Assembly: GCA_964035545.1 (NCBI GenBank)
Contig: CAXIUT010000283.1
Location: 1-14,108 of the forward strand
Direction: 5' to 3'
Length of the DNA stretch: 14,108 bases
From: Bugula neritina
Taxonomy: Eukaryota > Animalia > Bryozoa
In this document: positions 10,357 through 14,108 of the stretch, piece after piece
Layout of the letters: each line of letters begins with the position of its first letter
Position numbering within the stretch: position 1 is the stretch's first letter
Notes under the pieces: generated by a model
Database searches by the model: none
What the model saw: only the letters and a program-made list of their open reading frames with translations
What the model was told of the DNA's origin: nothing
Translations under genes and position numbers: made by a program

Positions 10357-11508
10357 ATGAATCAAGAAGATATGATAGACAACCTCGAATACCTATCCTG
10401 TTCAAAATAGAACCACAGAGAAGAGTTATCAATGGTCTGCCTCTAAAAGAGATGTTACAAATAGATGTTAATTTGCCAAATATGTGAAACATAGACTCAT
10501 CGGGATCATAAGATAAAATCATTGAAAGAATATTTGAGATAAAATATAAAAGATGAGAATAGTATAGGCGATGCAATTCTATCAAAATTAGCTTATCAAT
10601 AATAGTTAAAATAAAAAATAAAAAAATAGATAGATCAGCTAAAATAAAACTTTTTACTACAAATATATCAAATATAAAATCAGATCGTCTAATACTTCAA
10701 TAACCTCTCATAGAAGTTTTTGTAAATCAGTTTGATTAATAATAATAGACATATTCGAAAATAGATCAATAAAATTAGGTAGGAGCCTTGTATTTAGAAA
10801 TTTAATAAACTTATCACTAAAATAAGAATATATAGTAATAAATCTATTAGTGATACGCTTAATCATTATATAACTAATTTATAAGACAAAATCAAATCAT
10901 TTGGTACAATTTTTGATTCTTTTGATTTGCTTTAGAAATCCAAAAAAGTAAATAAGTTATTTAGTATACCTAAAAATACTAATTTGGTGTTGAATTATCA
11001 TTGGAGTCATTTGAAGGGTCATAAAATCCAAATTAATTAAAATTTTGCTACTCAAACCGTTTCGAGTAGCAACAATGGATAAAGATTTGCACTGATATAA
11101 TCATCTGATCAGGTGGATTCTGATATAGTGATCGGTTTGAGAATTAAAAAGCTAAAAGGATGGATAGGACTAGGTATCTGTCTTAGAAATATAATAGTCA
11201 ATGCTGGTTATAAATTTAATTATACTCAAAATTATCATGGAAGCTACTTGATATCATCCAATGGATATTCATGGTCGCATTCTCAAAAATAATTCAATTC
11301 TGCACAAAAATCATTTACCTTCTCATAAAATGATCTCATTAAAATAGTCTATAAAGCATTCAAAAAATAAATTGTCTTTGAACATGTCAAAACTAAAAAA
11401 ACATTCAAATTAGAAGTAATCTAACCTACAAATGATGACTACTACCTTCCATGTGCAAACATGTGCAATCCAGGAGATTAAGTATAAATTGTACATGATT
11501 TCTAGTGA
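10357..11508 (+). CDS. B-box zinc finger + coiled-coil + SPRY/B30.2-like protein, 383 aa
   Basis: ATG 10357 to TGA 11506-11508 uninterrupted. B-box CSK(E)NH...VCL(E)KRC...LICQIC...HRDH. C-terminal WIGLGIC...GSYLISSNGYSWSH...FTFS(E)NDLI...PCANMCNPGD(E)V(E)I is SPRY-like. Confidence 0.8.
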
Positions 11509-11554
11509 TATAAAGTGATTGTAAATCTAATAAGTAAACTATATAACTATATAA

Positions 11555-12582
11555 TCAGTCTTCAGTGGGATATACTTGCCTTACGTTGATGTTTATTCGA
11601 TGGCTTTTCAAGTAGTTGTTTATATTCTAAGGTTTATTTTACCATTCCTAATTCTGCTTTATTTATAGATCTTTTATTTCATTAAAACTATTGCTGATAA
11701 TTCTTGGCACCCCGTGATAAGCTTTTCTACTTTACCCGCTCATAACTAAATATAAAAAACAATACTAAAAAGATCTCCAGAATCCAATTGAACAGAAATC
11801 GGTTTTGTCTACTTTGTAGGCCCTCCAATCAAAAAGATACAACTTAGACCTAAGCAAAACGAATAGATAGGACTTTTCTGATCGATTTAAGCGTCATCTA
11901 GGTGACCAGTCATGTAATCTTTTTATCCGTAGTAGTTGATGATGGCTGATTAGGGGTAGTAGTTCTTTTTTATTTTGGTTAGCTAGTTGAAAAGAATGTT
12001 AGCGCGTTTGCATAAGTTGTCTATTGATGGAGGAATGTCTGTCTTCATTTTTGGATATTTGCGCTAGGTCCAGTCATATTGATATCCCACGTTTGCCCAT
12101 CTTATCTTATCGTTGAAATAATAACCTTTCTCGCCTTTATCAAAGACTCCTTTCTAGTTATTTCCTTTATTTTCTTCATTCATCTTCTACTGCTTCTACT
12201 ATTTCATCTCTTTCTGATCTTCTTTCTTTTATTTTTATTATTTTTATTATTTTTTGTCTTATTTATAAATTTCCTCTTTACTATCCAAATTAGTTCTGTA
12301 TGGTTTCTTCCAATAGCTATTCAAAGCATTGGATGCCACTTCAAACACTACTTCTGGAGTATTGAAGTTTTTAACTAAATAACTTCCCTGAGGATAGGGC
12401 AATTCTGCAATTTAATATCCTCCAATAGATAGATATTTTTAAGGTTTGTAGACAATACTGAAATCAGTTTTATGATTTTGATACAATTTGAAATGTTTTT
12501 ATTGTTCTTTAAATGGATTTAAATTTTTATATTATGGCTTTTGGATATGTTTGTTTCGCTTTTTTGGATGTTGTGATTCCAT
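11555..12582 (-). CDS. ALKBH1: AlkB-family Fe(II)/2-oxoglutarate dioxygenase, ALKBH1-like, 335 aa
   Basis: Exons 12582-11766 and 11745-11555; TGA at 11555-11557. Motifs KIRWANVGYQYDW, P(E)SAIINYY, GHLDDA(E) (HxD), IFLIGG, LDSGDLFIMSG(E)SRKAYHGVPRI, RININVRQV. Confidence 0.93.
11746..11765 (-). other. 20-nt spliceosomal intron GTATTGTTTTTTATATTTAG (ALKBH1)
   Basis: GT-AG. Removal restores SGDLF-I-MSG(E)SR. Confidence 0.92.
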
Positions 12583-12630
12583 ATTTCTTTTATATCAATC
12601 TATATTTAATAATAATAACTTTATAAACAA

Positions 12631-14108
12631 TCAAAGTCTATTCATTTAGTTTAGAGTCAGGTAGATTTGAGCTTGACTTTGAGGGGCTTTTACTTTATCT
12701 AATATTTATTTTTTGATTCTATTTTGAAGATTTCTATTAAGAAGAGTCCAAAAACCATATGACCCTTTATTCATATAGCTAAATTTAAGAGCTATTTTAG
12801 CCAGTATTTATTGAATCTAAAATCGTTTTTTTTAACTTTAAATAGTCTAAAAAGTAGCATACAACCGATATTCCAACAACAACCATAATTTATGTTCTCC
12901 TATTTTAGCAGAACTAAGAATTGTAGTCAATTTATATAATTTCCTCAAAGACCACTCCTGATCAACTCGTTACAACAACTAGTTAATTTTATTATAAATT
13001 AACTCCCTGGTAGATACTTTAAAACCTTTAGACACAACGATTTGCAACAATCTGAGATAGTTATCTCTGAGTGGTTAAATAACCATATTTTTTTAATTAA
13101 GAACCAGTAGTTCTTCTAGCCATTGTACAGCTTTTCTCCAGAAACTGACTGATCCAAATGACATGGTAATCATTCGAGTATATAGTAATAATATTTTTTA
13201 TATCTAATATTATTATAATGTTTTATAATTGAATTCTTATAATGACAATTTAGATTTTATTATTTTTTATACTAGAAAATCTATCTAAGGAGTTAGTAGT
13301 TCATTCAAATTCAAATAATTCAGATAGGCTGTTAGTGGCATGAGGGTAGGTACAAAATATTATGATAGATTTTTAGTTATGCTCAAGACAGTATCTAATT
13401 TTAGTTATATTCTTAGTGATATTATTTTTTAAAAAGAGGAGTTGTTGGTTATCTGAAGTACTCCATTTGGTATTTTATGTTCTTTTAGGGCTAGTTATTA
13501 TTTTTTGAAATATTAAAGATATTCGATATATGCTTTAGGAGTGAAATGTAAAATATTTAACTTTTTTACTTGTTATGGATAGCATTTTAGTAAAAATGCT
13601 ATATATCTGCTCTCGAAGACATTGAAATCGACAGATCTGATTGCTTTTTTTATCTATCGATCCAAAATATCTTTCATTGAATCGGCTATCTCAACATTTA
13701 ACTTCTCACTCAGTAAATATACTAGAACTATGATCTTCAAATCCCATGTTTTGTTTTTTAGTATCCATTATTCCATTTTTTATTTGTTTACTATCCGATC
13801 AAGTACTACACCCATTTCAGCAAGAAATCCATTTATGAATAACAAATCATAGCTTAATTCCTTTACATCGCAATACTTGACCAATGCCTTTTAAAGAGAA
13901 TATAAATCTATTGAACTTTTGAATTAGTCGAAATTGGCTATCACGCTAATGCAAAAAGATATTTATTGAGGGTTCATCTCAAAGATCTGTTAGTTAAAAC
14001 TCTAAACGATAAGTTTCTGTTCTTAGGTATAGGTCCAATGAAATTCTTTATAGAGGAGACACTTAAAATATACCGATCTGACTTTAGATATCACTTATGC
14101 TTTTCCAT
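12631..14108 (-). CDS. Hypothetical alpha-helical repeat protein, 5'-partial (>490 aa); possibly a RAP/FASTK/HPR-type organellar RNA-binding protein
   Basis: One frame free of TGA from the window end to TGA 12631-12633. Recurring GSVSFWRK, IGEHKLWLLLE and KGSYGFWTLL motifs plus MNPQ(E)IS. The reading frame is well supported; the family assignment is weak. Confidence 0.7.

Noticed and set aside
1067-11508. Functional ubiquitin-system gene cluster (E3, IFT172 U-box-like tail, B-box/SPRY)
   Set aside because: No evidence of co-regulation, such domains are abundant in ciliates, and the SPRY gene lies across a probably artefactual junction.
12079-12378. Hydrophobic F/L-rich plus-strand ORF resembling a membrane protein
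   Set aside because: Antisense of the K/E-rich insert in ALKBH1. ORFs 10328-10585 and 13622-13852 are likewise antisense shadows.
1-14108. Standard ciliate code (table 6, TAR=Gln) or a split TAA/TAG code
   Set aside because: Both codons repeatedly align to conserved Glu in three unrelated proteins; only one position favoured Gln.

Overview
AT-rich ciliate macronuclear DNA. The supplied ORF track is misleading because it uses the standard code. Here TAA and TAG both align to conserved Glu residues and only TGA stops, which is the peritrich nuclear code (NCBI table 30). Bases 1-8712 look like a complete telomere-to-telomere ~8.7 kb minichromosome, with (C4A2)n on the left and (T2G4)n on the right. 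It carries three genes: a Myb/SANT (SHAQKYF-like) protein, a compact RING-IBR plus MYCBP2-type RING-Cys-relay E3 ligase, and IFT172. Past the right telomere the sequence enters the middle of another gene, so the join is probably chimeric. That second segment uses the same code and holds a 3'-truncated coiled-coil gene, a B-box/coiled-coil/SPRY gene, ALKBH1 and a 5'-partial helical-repeat gene. All five introns required by frame are exactly 20 nt, start with GTA, end in YAG and have A at position -6. Homolog comparisons were made by hand from memory of human IFT172, MYCBP2 and ALKBH1, not by database search.
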